Source of the DNA: Chloroflexota bacterium
Lineage (GTDB): Bacteria; Chloroflexota; UBA11872; UBA12225
Direction: 5' to 3'
Length of the DNA stretch: 64,000 bases
Assembly: GCA_030447525.1 (NCBI GenBank)
Contig: JAUJOR010000001.1
Coordinates: 299,466 to 363,465 of the forward strand
Position numbers and translations under genes: made by a program. Positions within the stretch are counted from its first letter, which is position 1. Every line of letters starts with the position of its first letter. The notes under the pieces are model-generated. The model made no database searches, had not been told where the DNA came from, and saw nothing but the letters and a program-made list of their open reading frames with translations. Positions 11,515 through 21,749 of this stretch are shown piece by piece.

Positions 11515-11591
11515 TACGGTTCCGCGGAGGTCCGGCGGTAGATCCCCACCTGGGAGACTTTCCGAGCGACTTCAGCCCAGCTGTCCTAGGG
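11513..11591 (+). other. Conserved 79-nt non-coding element, copy 1 (upstream of second SBP gene)
   Basis: 59/79 identical without gaps to the reverse complement of 38335-38413. Confidence 0.7.
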
Positions 11592-11597
11592 ATTTTT

Positions 11598-11637
11598 CCC
11601 CTCACCCCTTGCCCCCTCTCCCGTCCGGGGGAGGGGG
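11598..11637 (+). repeat. BoxC-like pyrimidine/purine hairpin repeat
   Basis: CCCCTCACCCCTTGCCCCCTCTCCCGTCCGGGGGAGGGGG resembles the CCCTCACCC-N-CCCTCTCCC-loop-GGGAGAGGG intergenic repeat class. Confidence 0.55.
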
Positions 11638-11669
11638 TTGTTCTTTAGCAGGGGGTATCTTTATGGAGC

Positions 11670-13040
11670 ATGCGTCTCACACGCCGGCGGCTCATGGCGC
11701 ACGGTGCCGGCGCTTACGGCGCGGCCCTCTCAGCCTGCGCGCCCCTTGGCATCGCCACTCAGGGCGCCCGTGGGGGGACGGCTGCCCCGGCGGTCAAGTT
11801 CGGCGATCCGGTGAGCATCACCTTCTGGCATACCCAGACGGGGGTGAACCAGAAGGCCCTGGCGGAGCTGGTAGGCAAGTTCAGCACTGCCAACGGGAAA
11901 AACATCACCCTGCGCGGCGAGTACCAGGGGAGCTACCAGCAAGTCTTCCAGAAGACCATGGTGGCCATCCAGGCCGGCAGCCCGCCGGACGCGGCCCTGG
12001 CCTTTGAGAGCATGGTGCAGGAGTACGCCCGGGCCGGGGCCGTGGTCGACCTGGACGAGTACCTGGCCAAGGGCCCATCGCCGTTAGACAAGGAGAGCCT
12101 GGGCGACCTGTTCCCGGCCTACCTTGGCGGTGGCCGGCTGGACGCATTCCGCCGCCGGCTGCTCTCGTTTCCCTTCGCCAAGAGCCTGGCCGTGCAGTAC
12201 TTCAACGAGGACCAGCTCAAGTCCGCGGGGCAGACGAAGCTTTCCGGTCTCTCCTTTGACGAGTTCCGGCGCCAGGTGGCCGCCGTGACGAAAAAGGACA
12301 GCCGGGGCCGGACGACGGTCTACGGGCAGCACATTCGCGTAGACGCCTCATACATCGACGCCTTTGTCTATGCAAACGGGGGCGAGCTCCTGGCCCGGGA
12401 CAACAGCAAGGTGCGCTTCCACGAGGCCCCCGGGGTGGAGGTGTTCGAGATGTGGGCGGAGATGGTCAGGCAAGGGCAGGCCTACACCGGCCAGGGGTTT
12501 GACTACCAGACCGACTTCGGCCAGGGAAAGGTGGCCGGCGTGCATGACTCGTCGGCCAGCCGGCCCTTCATTGCCGGCGAGACGGTGGATCGAACCACCA
12601 GGCGCGAGCGCTTCCGCTGGGGCATCGGCATGATCCCGCAGAAGGACCCCGCCCGGCCGGTGACGGTTACGTTCGGCGGCAACATCGCCGTCTTCAAGAG
12701 CACGCCCCTCAAGCAGGCGGCCGCCTGGGAGTGGATCAAGTTCTTCAGCGAGCGTGACCAGACAGTCTCGTGGTCGATCGCCTCCAGCTATATGCCCCTG
12801 CGTCGCTCCGCGGCCGAGCATCCGGAGATCAAGGCCTTGTGGGAGAGGAGTCCGCAGGCCAGGCAGGCCTTCGAGCTGGCGCAGCACGCCCGACCGGAGC
12901 CGAATATCGCCGCCTGGCAGGACATCCGTGAGCTCCTGGCCAGCGCTTTGACGGCGGTTATCACTAAGGACATGCCCCCCAGAGCGACCCTCGAGGAAGC
13001 GGCCAGGCAGGCCAACCGCCTGATCGCAGAGCAGAAGTAA
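11670..13040 (+). CDS. ABC solute-binding lipoprotein, paralog of 10132-11514
   Basis: MRLTRRRL Tat-like signal, LSAC lipobox; colinear with the upstream SBP (KFGDPV.ITFWHTQTGVN, IPQKDPA.PVTV.FGGNI). Confidence 0.9.
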   Translation: MRLTRRRLMAHGAGAYGAALSACAPLGIATQGARGGTAAPAVKFGDPVSITFWHTQTGVNQKALAELVGKFSTANGKNITLRGEYQGSYQQVFQKTMVAIQAGSPPDAALAFESMVQEYARAGAVVDLDEYLAKGPSPLDKESLGDLFPAYLGGGRLDAFRRRLLSFPFAKSLAVQYFNEDQLKSAGQTKLSGLSFDEFRRQVAAVTKKDSRGRTTVYGQHIRVDASYIDAFVYANGGELLARDNSKVRFHEAPGVEVFEMWAEMVRQGQAYTGQGFDYQTDFGQGKVAGVHDSSASRPFIAGETVDRTTRRERFRWGIGMIPQKDPARPVTVTFGGNIAVFKSTPLKQAAAWEWIKFFSERDQTVSWSIASSYMPLRRSAAEHPEIKALWERSPQARQAFELAQHARPEPNIAAWQDIRELLASALTAVITKDMPPRATLEEAARQANRLIAEQK

Positions 13041-13455
13041 GCCCCTCCCCACTGTCCCACGACTGGGAGGGACTTCTTGCCTCATCGGCCCCCGCCCGGG
13101 GGCAGACCCTCCGCTGCCGGTCGCTGAATGGGCCCCCGCGAGAGCCATCGTGCCCGGCGCTGCCCCCGGCGCTGCCCCCGGCGCCGCCCGCCGGGGCAGG
13201 CAGAGGGACGAAATCCTCCCCCCCCGCCGGAGGTGCATCGAATCCCGGCTGCACCCTACCCCTAGCGTTTGCTATCGTTTGCGTATCCGTAGCGCGGCCG
13301 CGAGTGACGCGGGGCGCGAGGCCGAGGCGGACCTGCCGGCCTGGGGGAGCGCTCCCCGGGGCTGGCACAGCACCGGCGGGGGAGTCAATTGGAGGTCATC
13401 ACGGCATCGTAAAGCGGGCGGCGCAGATCCCAAGAAAAGGAGGGTCGCCGTAAAG

Positions 13456-15147
13456 GTGCAACCCGAACGCCCGACATGGCAGTCCCGTCCCGCTCAGCGG
13501 CGTTCCAGACCCAGCAGCGCAGTCGTCTGCGCTCCAGCGCTCCTCAGATCGATCGTCCAGTCACAGCCGGCGGCCTTCCGGCGCCTGGCCCTGTTCCCGG
13601 CCCTGCCCGAAGGGGGTGCAGCTGCCGTTCCAGGGGGCCCGTTCATGAGCACGTCCGGCGGCCTGCTGCCCCTGGCGGCCGGACGCCCGCTGGGGCCGGA
13701 CGTTCAGTTCCCCGGCAGCGCGCCCTTGCGACCCCTGGCCGCGTCCTGCGCCCTGCTGCTCCTCTTCTGGGGCGGCGTGATCGCCCGTGGCCCGGGTGAT
13801 GTCACGCTCCCTGGCACGGCGGAGGTGGTGAGCCGGGAAGTGGTGAGCCGGGAGGTACTGGGCGCGGCCGGTCTCTTGCGCCACGTGGCCGGGGCGTTAC
13901 CCCGCGCCGGGACGGTTATCCTGGCCCGCTTCCGACCGGCCGTTCCCGGGGCGCCGGTCCCGTGGACGGTCGTGGAAGTGGATGGCAAGCTCCTGCGGGC
14001 CGCGCCGGATGCCGGGGGCGTGGAGCTGGCCCTGGCGGCGGCCGGGGTACATCTAGACGAAGCCGACCGCCTCCTCGTCGTCCCCAATGAGGCGCCCGCT
14101 GCGGGGGCAAGGGCCGGTGGAAGTGCGGATGGGAGGGTCGTCGTGCAGCGCGCCGTCCCCTTCTTCGTGGTGGACTCCGGGTTACGTATCGGACTGCGGG
14201 CGGCCGCCGGCACCGTCGGCGAGGCCCTGGGGGTGGCGGGCATTGACGTGCACAGCGCGGACGGGCTACTCCCAGCCGGCGAGACGCCCCTCGTCCCCGG
14301 CCTGACGGTGGCCATCTGGCGCGCCACCCCGGTAGCCATCCTGGATCATGACGTGCACGTGGAGACGCGCACGCGCGCGGCCACGGTATCCGAGCTGCTC
14401 GCAGAGCACCACCTCCAGCCAGGCCCGCTCGACCGCGTGGAGCCACCCTTGGACGCCCCGGTGCCGCTGCGGGGCACGGTACGAGTCGTCCGCATCCGGG
14501 AGGAGACCGGCACGGAGCTACAGGTGGTGCCTTTCCACACGCGGCTGCACTCCCGGCCGGATCTGCCCCCTGGTGCCCGGTGGCGGGTGCAGGAGGGACT
14601 GCCTGGCCTGGTGGAGCGCCTGGTGCGCGTCAGGTACGAGGATGGAAACGAGGTCTCTCGCACCCTTGTCCAGCAGGCGACGGTGCGCCCGGCGGTGGAC
14701 GAGGTGATCGCCGTCGGCCCAGACGTCGCCAAGCTGATCCCGGCGCCCCCCTCCGACGCCCCGGCGCCTCTGCCACAGATCCCGCCGCGAGAGGCCCCCG
14801 CCGGCCCGGTACCCCCGGTCACCTTGCCGGACGGCGCTGCGGTGCGGCGTACCCTCGCGGTGGTGGCCACGGCCTACGATCCCGGCCCGGTGAGCACCGG
14901 AAAGTCTCCCGGTCATCCGGCCTATGGCATCACCGCCACCGGGATGCGGGCCGGCCGGGGCGTAGTGGCCGTCGACCCGCGGGTGATCCCTTTCTACACC
15001 CGCCTGTACGTCCCGGACTACGGGTACGCCGTGGCCGGGGATACCGGGCGGGCCATCAAGGGGAACCGCATAGACGTCGGCTTCCCCACCTACGATGAGG
15101 CCGTCCGCTGGGGACGCCGCAGCCTGACGGTGTATATCTTGGAGTAG
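13456..15147 (+). CDS. YabE-like cell-wall protein (ubiquitin-like DUF348 repeats, G5, 3D domain)
   Basis: C-terminal ATAYDPG...GITATG...VAVDPRVIP...YAVAGDTGRAIKGNRIDV; G5-like segment; upstream of rsmA; GTG at 13456 follows AAGGAGG (start uncertain). Confidence 0.85.
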   Translation: MQPERPTWQSRPAQRRSRPSSAVVCAPALLRSIVQSQPAAFRRLALFPALPEGGAAAVPGGPFMSTSGGLLPLAAGRPLGPDVQFPGSAPLRPLAASCALLLLFWGGVIARGPGDVTLPGTAEVVSREVVSREVLGAAGLLRHVAGALPRAGTVILARFRPAVPGAPVPWTVVEVDGKLLRAAPDAGGVELALAAAGVHLDEADRLLVVPNEAPAAGARAGGSADGRVVVQRAVPFFVVDSGLRIGLRAAAGTVGEALGVAGIDVHSADGLLPAGETPLVPGLTVAIWRATPVAILDHDVHVETRTRAATVSELLAEHHLQPGPLDRVEPPLDAPVPLRGTVRVVRIREETGTELQVVPFHTRLHSRPDLPPGARWRVQEGLPGLVERLVRVRYEDGNEVSRTLVQQATVRPAVDEVIAVGPDVAKLIPAPPSDAPAPLPQIPPREAPAGPVPPVTLPDGAAVRRTLAVVATAYDPGPVSTGKSPGHPAYGITATGMRAGRGVVAVDPRVIPFYTRLYVPDYGYAVAGDTGRAIKGNRIDVGFPTYDEAVRWGRRSLTVYILE

Positions 15148-15996
15148 ATGACCCGCTACGACCTTACCGATGGCCGGCAGGTAGGGGCCGTGCTGTCGCG
15201 TCACGGCGTGTGGCTGACGCGGGAGATGGGCCAGCATCTCCTGGTCGACGCGGGCGTTCTGCACCGTATTGTGGCGGCGGCCACGCTAGGGCCACAAACC
15301 GAGGTGCTGGAGGTAGGACCGGGGGTGGGGGCGCTGACGGCGGAGCTGAGCCGCCGGGCCGGTCGGGTGGTCGCCGTCGAGCTCGACCGGCGGCTGCTGG
15401 CCGTCTTACGCGAGACGGTGCCGGCCCCCAACGTGGAGATCGTCCACGGCGACGCCCTGGCAGCCGATCTCCCCGGCCTCTTCGGCGGCCGGCCCTTTAG
15501 CGTCGTCGCCAATCTCCCCTACGGCGTGGCTACTCCCTTGATCCGTCGCCTGCTGTACGCCCCGCCGGGGCGGGTGCCGGGAGAGCTGGTGGTGATGGTG
15601 CAGCGCGAGGTAGGCCAGCGCCTGGCGGCCCGCCCGGGAGACATGAGCCGCCTCAGCGTCCAGGTGCAGCTCGTCGCCGAGGTCGAGCTCCTGTTCGAGG
15701 TCGGCCGGCAGGCCTTTTTCCCGCCCCCGGAGGTGTCTTCGGCCGTCGTCCGCCTGCAGCCCCTGCCGGGCTACCGTGTCCCCCCACTCCCTAACGAGCA
15801 GCGCTTCTTTCAGACCGTGGAGGCCGGCTTCCGGCATCGCCGCAAGCAGCTGCACAATGCCTTGGGGGAGCTGGGGGTGGGCACCGAGACCATCGCAGCG
15901 GCCCTGGCCGCCACGGGGATCGACGCCCGGCGACGCGCCGAGACGCTGACCCTAGAGGACTGGTCGCGCCTCTCCGCTGCCCTCTGGGAATGGTAA
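15148..15996 (+). CDS. rsmA: 16S rRNA m6,2A dimethyltransferase
   Basis: GQHLL, LEVGPGVGALT, VANLPY, MVQREV, FFPPPEVSSAVV, RRAETL. Confidence 0.96.
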   Translation: MTRYDLTDGRQVGAVLSRHGVWLTREMGQHLLVDAGVLHRIVAAATLGPQTEVLEVGPGVGALTAELSRRAGRVVAVELDRRLLAVLRETVPAPNVEIVHGDALAADLPGLFGGRPFSVVANLPYGVATPLIRRLLYAPPGRVPGELVVMVQREVGQRLAARPGDMSRLSVQVQLVAEVELLFEVGRQAFFPPPEVSSAVVRLQPLPGYRVPPLPNEQRFFQTVEAGFRHRRKQLHNALGELGVGTETIAAALAATGIDARRRAETLTLEDWSRLSAALWEW

Positions 15997-16010
15997 ACTT
16001 TGGGGCCAAG

Positions 16011-16046
16011 AAAGGCAGGGCCGGTTCAGCTGAACCGGCCCTGTTT
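16011..16046. terminator. Hairpin terminator
   Basis: Perfect 28-bp palindrome CAGGGCCGGTTCAGCTGAACCGGCCCTG (16016-16043) flanked by AAA and TTT. Confidence 0.65.
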
Positions 16047-16092
16047 GGCGTTGCTTACCCCCAGCTCACCGCTTTCAGGTCGCTGTACATAG

Positions 16093-16821
16093 ATGAAGGC
16101 GATCGTCGGCCTGGGAAATCCCGGGCCACGCTATCAGCGCACGCGCCATAACGTCGGCTGGCAGGTAGTGGACGAGCTGGCCCGCCGCTGGGGCGATGGG
16201 GCACGTGGCCAGGCGAGGGCGGAGACAGGGCGTCAAGCCGGCTGGCCAGGAGGGGAGAAGCCGGCCCAGGCCCGCCACGCCGAGCTGGTCAAGACCGCCT
16301 GGGAGGGGGAAACCGTCCTGCTGGTCAAGCCTCAGACGTTCATGAACGACAGCGGCAAGACGGTGCGCGCCCTGGTGGAAAAGGACGGCCTGGAGCCACA
16401 GGACATCCTCGTCGTCTACGACGACCTCGACCTGGCGCTGGGCCGCATCCGCATCCGGGGCACGGGGAGCGCCGGGGGCCACCGGGGCATCCAGTCCATC
16501 CAGCAGCACCTGGCGACCATCCCCCGGCTCCAGAACCGGGCGCCGGAGGTCGGCAGCTCGCAGGCACAAGAACGACTTGCCGGGAGCGCCACCCCCAAGG
16601 GAGACAGTCCGCGGAAGCCGGAACCACCGGCCTTTCCGCGCCTCAAGGTGGGGATCGGGCGCCCCCCCGCCGGCGTCGACCCCATCGACTTCGTTCTGGC
16701 CGGCTTCCTGCCGGACGAGATGGCCCTGCTCCGGCCGGCCATCCAGCGGGCCGCCGACGCCGCCGAGTGCTGGGTCAGCGCCGGGACGGACGTGGCCGCC
16801 AACCGCTTCAACGGGATGTAA
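16093..16821 (+). CDS. pth: Peptidyl-tRNA hydrolase
   Basis: IVGLGNPG, TRHNVG, KPQTFMN.SG, YDDLDL, GGHRG, RLKVGIGRP; two low-complexity insertions. Confidence 0.96.
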   Translation: MKAIVGLGNPGPRYQRTRHNVGWQVVDELARRWGDGARGQARAETGRQAGWPGGEKPAQARHAELVKTAWEGETVLLVKPQTFMNDSGKTVRALVEKDGLEPQDILVVYDDLDLALGRIRIRGTGSAGGHRGIQSIQQHLATIPRLQNRAPEVGSSQAQERLAGSATPKGDSPRKPEPPAFPRLKVGIGRPPAGVDPIDFVLAGFLPDEMALLRPAIQRAADAAECWVSAGTDVAANRFNGM

Positions 16822-16827
16822 CTGACT

Positions 16828-19800
16828 ATGCGTCTATCTGGACTCGTACCCCTACTGGATCAACTGGAAGACTTTCGCCGCTTGGTAGAGGTCGCCCGGG
16901 GGGCCCGGGCGCCGGCCGCTGCGGTGGATTCCGCCCCTTCGAAGACGCCCCTCGACGAGCCCCCTGGTCTTGACGACGCGGGCGAAGGTGACGTCCCGCC
17001 CCCCCACGTCCCCCTCCCCATGCCTGCTGCCCTGGCCGTGGTGCGCGAGGCCGCCAAGCCGTACCTCCTGGCCGGGTTGCAGGGGCAGGGCGGTCGGCCC
17101 ATCGTCCTCGTGGCGCCGGATGCCTCCCGGGCGCAGGAGTGGTATGGCGACCTCCTTACCTGGTCGGCGGCGCCGGAACGGGTGCTGCATTTCCCCGCCT
17201 TTGACGCCCTGCCGTACGAGCAGCTCCCCGCCGTGCCGGAGACGATCGCCGCCCGCGTGGGGACGTTGATTCAGCTCGCCGCCGCCGACGCCACCGACAG
17301 CCCCTACGTCGTGGTTACCAGCGTGCAGGCCCTCCTATCCATGCTGGCCCCCCCGTCGGAGTTCGGCCGGCGTGTCCTCAGCCTGCGTCCCGGGGCGCGA
17401 TGCGACATGGAAGGGCTGATCCACCAGCTGGCCGCCGGGGGCTACGAGCGCGCCGGCCTGGTGGAGACCCCGGGCTCGTTCAGCCAGCGCGGGGGTATCG
17501 TGGACATCTACCCCCCCCTGGCCGAGAGTCCGGTGCGCCTGGAGTTCTTCGGCGACGAAGTGGAGAGCATCCGCACCTTCGACCCCGCCACCCAGAGATC
17601 TACGGGGGACCTGGAGCGCTTCCAGCTGGCCCCGGCAACCGAGCTGCCCCTGTGGCGTGGCGCCGAGGGGGCCGGCGCCCTGCGCAATCTGGACTGGACC
17701 GGTCTGCGCCAGGAGGTGCGGGAGGAGTGGGACTGGCAGGTGCGCGACCTCGAAGCGGGGGCGTTCTTTAGCGAAGCCCCGTTCTACGCCCGGTACCTGC
17801 TCCCGGAGCCGGCCAGTCTCCTGGACTATCTCCCTGATGCCCTCGTCGTGCTGGACGAGCCGCCGGCCGTCCGCGAGGGCCTCGACGAGCTGGAGAGCCA
17901 CAGGCGCGAGCTAGGGGGCAAGCTCACCGCCTCGGGGGCCATTCCGGCCGGCTTCCAGGCGCCGTACTTTTCCCGGGATGACTTCCTGCAGCGCCTGCGG
18001 CGCATGGCGACGTTGCACCTCAGCTACCGGTCGGCCGCCGTGCCCCTGCTGGCGAGCCGGTTCTCGGCGGGCGGTGAAGGAGGTCCGGGGCAGGACTCGC
18101 ACCGGGAGCCACAACGTCCCCCGTCAGGCGCAGAGGGGGAGAAAGAAGTGGGCAGCGGCCCCCCGGCGGCCGTCGACGTCGTCCCCGAGACGGTCATCGA
18201 GCTCGCCTCATTCGAGATGTCCCCCACCTATGGGGGACGGATCAAGGACGTCATCGAGGCGACGCGCTCCCGCGCCGCCGGCAAGCAGCGGGTGGTGCTC
18301 ATCTCCCAGCAGGCCGCTCGCCTGACGGAGCTCTACGCCGACCGCGGTGTACCCATCAGCGGACGCGAGCGCCTCGACCGTCCCCCGGAGCCGGGGGCGC
18401 TGACCCTCGTCCAGGGGCAGCTGGGTGAGGGCTGGAGCAACCCGGCGCTGGCCATCTTTCTTCTCACGGACACGGAGATTTTCGGCTGGGCCAAGCCCCG
18501 GCGGGTGATCCGCCGCCGGCGCATCGCCCGGGAGAGCTTTCTGGCCGAGCTCAAGCCAGGGGACTTCGTGGTGCACATTGAGCATGGCATCGCCCAGTAC
18601 CAGGGGCTGGTGCGCCGGCGTACGGAAGGCGGGGAGCGGGAGTACCTCTTGCTCCAGTTCGCCGGCAGCGACCGTGTCTACGTCCCCACCGATCAGCTCG
18701 ACCGCGTCGATCGCTACATCGGGGTGGGGGACCATGTCCCGGGCCTGAGCAAGCTGGGCGGCGCGGAATGGGAACGGGCCAAGGGCCGGGTCAAGCAGTC
18801 CGTGGCCGAGGCGGCCAAAGCCCTGCTGGAGCTGTATTCCGCGCGGGAGATCGCCGAGGCCTACCCGGCCTCGCCGGACAACGAGTGGCAGCGTGACCTG
18901 GAAGACTCCTTCCCCTATGTCGAGACGCCCGACCAGCTGCGGGCCATCAACGACGTCAAGCACGATCTAGAGAGTGGCAAGCCGATGGACCGCCTGGTCT
19001 GCGGCGACGTGGGGTACGGCAAGACCGAGGTGGCAGTGCGCGCGGCGTTCAAGGTGGCGCAGGACGGGAAGCAGGTAGCGGTGCTGGTGCCCACCACTAT
19101 CCTGGCGCTGCAGCACTATGAAACCTTCCGCCAGCGCTTGCAAGCCTACCCCGTCAGGGTAGAGCTCCTGAGCCGCTTCCGCACGCCCAAAGAGCAAGAG
19201 GCGGTGGTTGCCGGGTGCGCGTCCGGGGAGGTGGACATCGTTATCGGGACGCACCGCCTGCTCGGCAAGGACGTGCGGTTCAAGGACCTGGGCCTGCTGG
19301 TGATCGACGAAGAGCACCGCTTTGGCGTGATGCACAAGGAGCGCCTCAAGCAGCTGCGGGTCGCCGTCCACGTCCTCACCCTGACGGCCACTCCCATCCC
19401 GCGGACGTTGCACACCAGCCTGGTGGGGTTGCGGGACATGAGCGTAATCGAGACCCCGCCGGAGGCCCGCCTGCCGATCAAGACCTACGTCACAGGGACG
19501 AACGACGACCTGATCCGCGAGGCTGTCTTAAGGGAGGTGGATCGCGGGGGGCAGGTCTACTTTGTCCATAATCGGGTGCAGTCTATCCAGCAGGTTGCCC
19601 GCAAGCTGGGACGGCTGGTGCCAGAGGTGGACATCACCGTGGGCCACGGGCAGATGGACGAGGACACGCTCGAAAAAGTGATGGTGGAGTTCGGCCAGGG
19701 CTCGCACGACGTCCTGGTCTGCACCACCATTATCGAGAGCGGCCTGGACATCCCCAACGTCAACACCATCATCATGAACGACGCCGGGAATTTCGGCCTG

Positions 19801-20559
19801 GCGCAGCTCTACCAGCTCCGGGGGCGCGTCGGGCGCGGGGGCAACCAGGCCTACGCTTACCTCCTCTACGAGCCTAACCGCCGGCTGACGGAAGCGGCCG
19901 AAAAGCGCCTGCGCACGATCTTCGAGGCCACCGACCTGGGGGCCGGCTTCAAGATCGCCATGAAGGACCTCGAGATCCGCGGCGCCGGGAATCTCCTGGG
20001 ACCCGAACAAAGCGGGTTCATGAACAGCGTGGGCTTCGATCTCTATTGCCGGCTCCTGGCGCAGGCCGTGGACGAGCTGCGCGGCAAGCGCACCATCCCT
20101 GAGTTCGACCTGGTCATCGACTTGCCCCTGGGGGCGCACCTCCCAGACGCGTACATCGGAGACCCGGACCTCAAGGTGCGCCTCTACCGGCGCCTGGCCA
20201 CGCTGGCCAGCGAGGCGGAGGTGGACGAGGTGGAGCGGGAGTTCTTGGATCGCTTCGGACCGCTCCCCCCGCCGGTGCGGGATATGTTCTACCTCCTGCG
20301 GGTAAAGATGCTGGCCACGGCCCGCTATCTGCGTGGCATCGAGACCCAGGGCGATGGGATCGTGATCAAGACGTCGCCCTTCGTCGTCTCCGACCGCCTG
20401 GCCCTCTACAAGGCCTTCGGCACGGCGGCCGTAGTACGTAACCAGCAGATCCGGTTCCCCAAGCACCCTCAGCCAGATCGCTGGAAGGCCGATCTCCTGG
20501 CCACGCTGCGGTCACTGCGCGTCGTGGAAGCCCAGGGTACCGCCGCCGCCGGCGGCTAG
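16828..20559 (+). CDS. mfd: Transcription-repair coupling factor
   Basis: [56 protein letters not shown]. Confidence 0.98.
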   Translation: MRLSGLVPLLDQLEDFRRLVEVARGARAPAAAVDSAPSKTPLDEPPGLDDAGEGDVPPPHVPLPMPAALAVVREAAKPYLLAGLQGQGGRPIVLVAPDASRAQEWYGDLLTWSAAPERVLHFPAFDALPYEQLPAVPETIAARVGTLIQLAAADATDSPYVVVTSVQALLSMLAPPSEFGRRVLSLRPGARCDMEGLIHQLAAGGYERAGLVETPGSFSQRGGIVDIYPPLAESPVRLEFFGDEVESIRTFDPATQRSTGDLERFQLAPATELPLWRGAEGAGALRNLDWTGLRQEVREEWDWQVRDLEAGAFFSEAPFYARYLLPEPASLLDYLPDALVVLDEPPAVREGLDELESHRRELGGKLTASGAIPAGFQAPYFSRDDFLQRLRRMATLHLSYRSAAVPLLASRFSAGGEGGPGQDSHREPQRPPSGAEGEKEVGSGPPAAVDVVPETVIELASFEMSPTYGGRIKDVIEATRSRAAGKQRVVLISQQAARLTELYADRGVPISGRERLDRPPEPGALTLVQGQLGEGWSNPALAIFLLTDTEIFGWAKPRRVIRRRRIARESFLAELKPGDFVVHIEHGIAQYQGLVRRRTEGGEREYLLLQFAGSDRVYVPTDQLDRVDRYIGVGDHVPGLSKLGGAEWERAKGRVKQSVAEAAKALLELYSAREIAEAYPASPDNEWQRDLEDSFPYVETPDQLRAINDVKHDLESGKPMDRLVCGDVGYGKTEVAVRAAFKVAQDGKQVAVLVPTTILALQHYETFRQRLQAYPVRVELLSRFRTPKEQEAVVAGCASGEVDIVIGTHRLLGKDVRFKDLGLLVIDEEHRFGVMHKERLKQLRVAVHVLTLTATPIPRTLHTSLVGLRDMSVIETPPEARLPIKTYVTGTNDDLIREAVLREVDRGGQVYFVHNRVQSIQQVARKLGRLVPEVDITVGHGQMDEDTLEKVMVEFGQGSHDVLVCTTIIESGLDIPNVNTIIMNDAGNFGLAQLYQLRGRVGRGGNQAYAYLLYEPNRRLTEAAEKRLRTIFEATDLGAGFKIAMKDLEIRGAGNLLGPEQSGFMNSVGFDLYCRLLAQAVDELRGKRTIPEFDLVIDLPLGAHLPDAYIGDPDLKVRLYRRLATLASEAEVDEVEREFLDRFGPLPPPVRDMFYLLRVKMLATARYLRGIETQGDGIVIKTSPFVVSDRLALYKAFGTAAVVRNQQIRFPKHPQPDRWKADLLATLRSLRVVEAQGTAAAGG

Positions 20560-20692
20560 TCAGGTCTCAGGCGTCAGGCGTATGTTTGCACAAGCCACTG
20601 GTACGGCAGTGACACGGTCTAACTCCCGCTCAACGTGCCGTGCGTCGCCGTGCCGACGTGGTCAGAGTACACTCTACGCTCAACGACGCCCC

Positions 20693-20728
20693 CGGACGAA
20701 GTGACGCACGGACGAAGTGACGCACGGA
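20693..20728 (+). repeat. 16-bp tandem repeat (2.25 copies) just upstream of GT2
   Basis: CGGACGAAGTGACGCA x2 plus CGGA. Confidence 0.8.
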
Positions 20729-20736
20729 GCAAGGTC

Positions 20737-21672
20737 ATGGCGCAGATCGGCATCGTGGTCCCCGCGTACAACGGCGCTCGGTTTCTGCGGCAGATGCTGG
20801 AGAGCGTCCTGGCGCAGACGGTAGCCGACTGGGAGCTGGTCGTCGTTGACGACGGGTCACACGACGAGACGCCCGAGATCGTCCGGCGCTTTGCCGACCG
20901 CGACCGGCGGATCCGGCTGGTGCAGCAGGGCAATGGTGGCGTCGCCGTGGCACGTAACCGCGGCATGGCCGAGCTGAGCGCCGATTGCCTCGAGATAGCC
21001 TTCTTGGATCACGACGACGTCTGGGAGGCCGACGCGCTGGCGACCTTGTCCGGCGCCTTGGAGCGCGATCCACAGGCGGCTGGGGCGTACGGACTGGCGC
21101 GATTCGTGGATGCTCAGGGACGCCCCGATCCGACCCACGAGCTGGAGGCCTTCGGCCGGCGCCGGCGCGGCGTGCGGGACGGGAGCTTGCAGGACTGGCC
21201 GCCCACCTGGCCGACGGGCCTCGAGGTGATGGCGGTCGGGTGCTGCATCTCCACGCCCGGGCAGGTGCTCATCCGGCGCCAGGCGCTGGGGGCGGCAGAA
21301 CCGTTCGACGCTGCGGCCGCGCCGTCGGATGACTGGGACTTGTGGCTACGACTCTGCACCGCCGGGCACCTGGCCTTCGTCGACCGCCTCGTCATCGGCT
21401 GGCGCCAGCACGACAACAACGCCTCGCGCCAGCACCGCTCCGAAAGCGCGTCAATCCGCTACACGCGGGCGAAGCTGGCGCGATCGCCGCAGCTGACGAA
21501 CGAGCAGCGCCGGTTGATCCGGCTCGCCGATCGCTGGCACCGCTGGGACGCCAGCCAATGGCGCGCGAGATGGGCCAGGTCGGCCCTTATCGAAGGACGC
21601 GTCCTTGATGCGGCCAATCACCTGCGCCACGCCGTTGTTGACCGGATCGCCTTCCACACCTCTCGGGTCTGA
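20737..21672 (+). CDS. Glycosyltransferase family 2
   Basis: IVVPAYN, VVVDDGS.D, ARNRG, FLDHDD, DDWDLW. Confidence 0.92.
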   Translation: MAQIGIVVPAYNGARFLRQMLESVLAQTVADWELVVVDDGSHDETPEIVRRFADRDRRIRLVQQGNGGVAVARNRGMAELSADCLEIAFLDHDDVWEADALATLSGALERDPQAAGAYGLARFVDAQGRPDPTHELEAFGRRRRGVRDGSLQDWPPTWPTGLEVMAVGCCISTPGQVLIRRQALGAAEPFDAAAAPSDDWDLWLRLCTAGHLAFVDRLVIGWRQHDNNASRQHRSESASIRYTRAKLARSPQLTNEQRRLIRLADRWHRWDASQWRARWARSALIEGRVLDAANHLRHAVVDRIAFHTSRV

Positions 21673-21749
21673 TCGCCATCGCACAACGTCCCACCGGCGG
21701 CGCAGCCGGCACCATACCCTGGCCGCAGCCCCCACGCCTCGCCGAGGCA

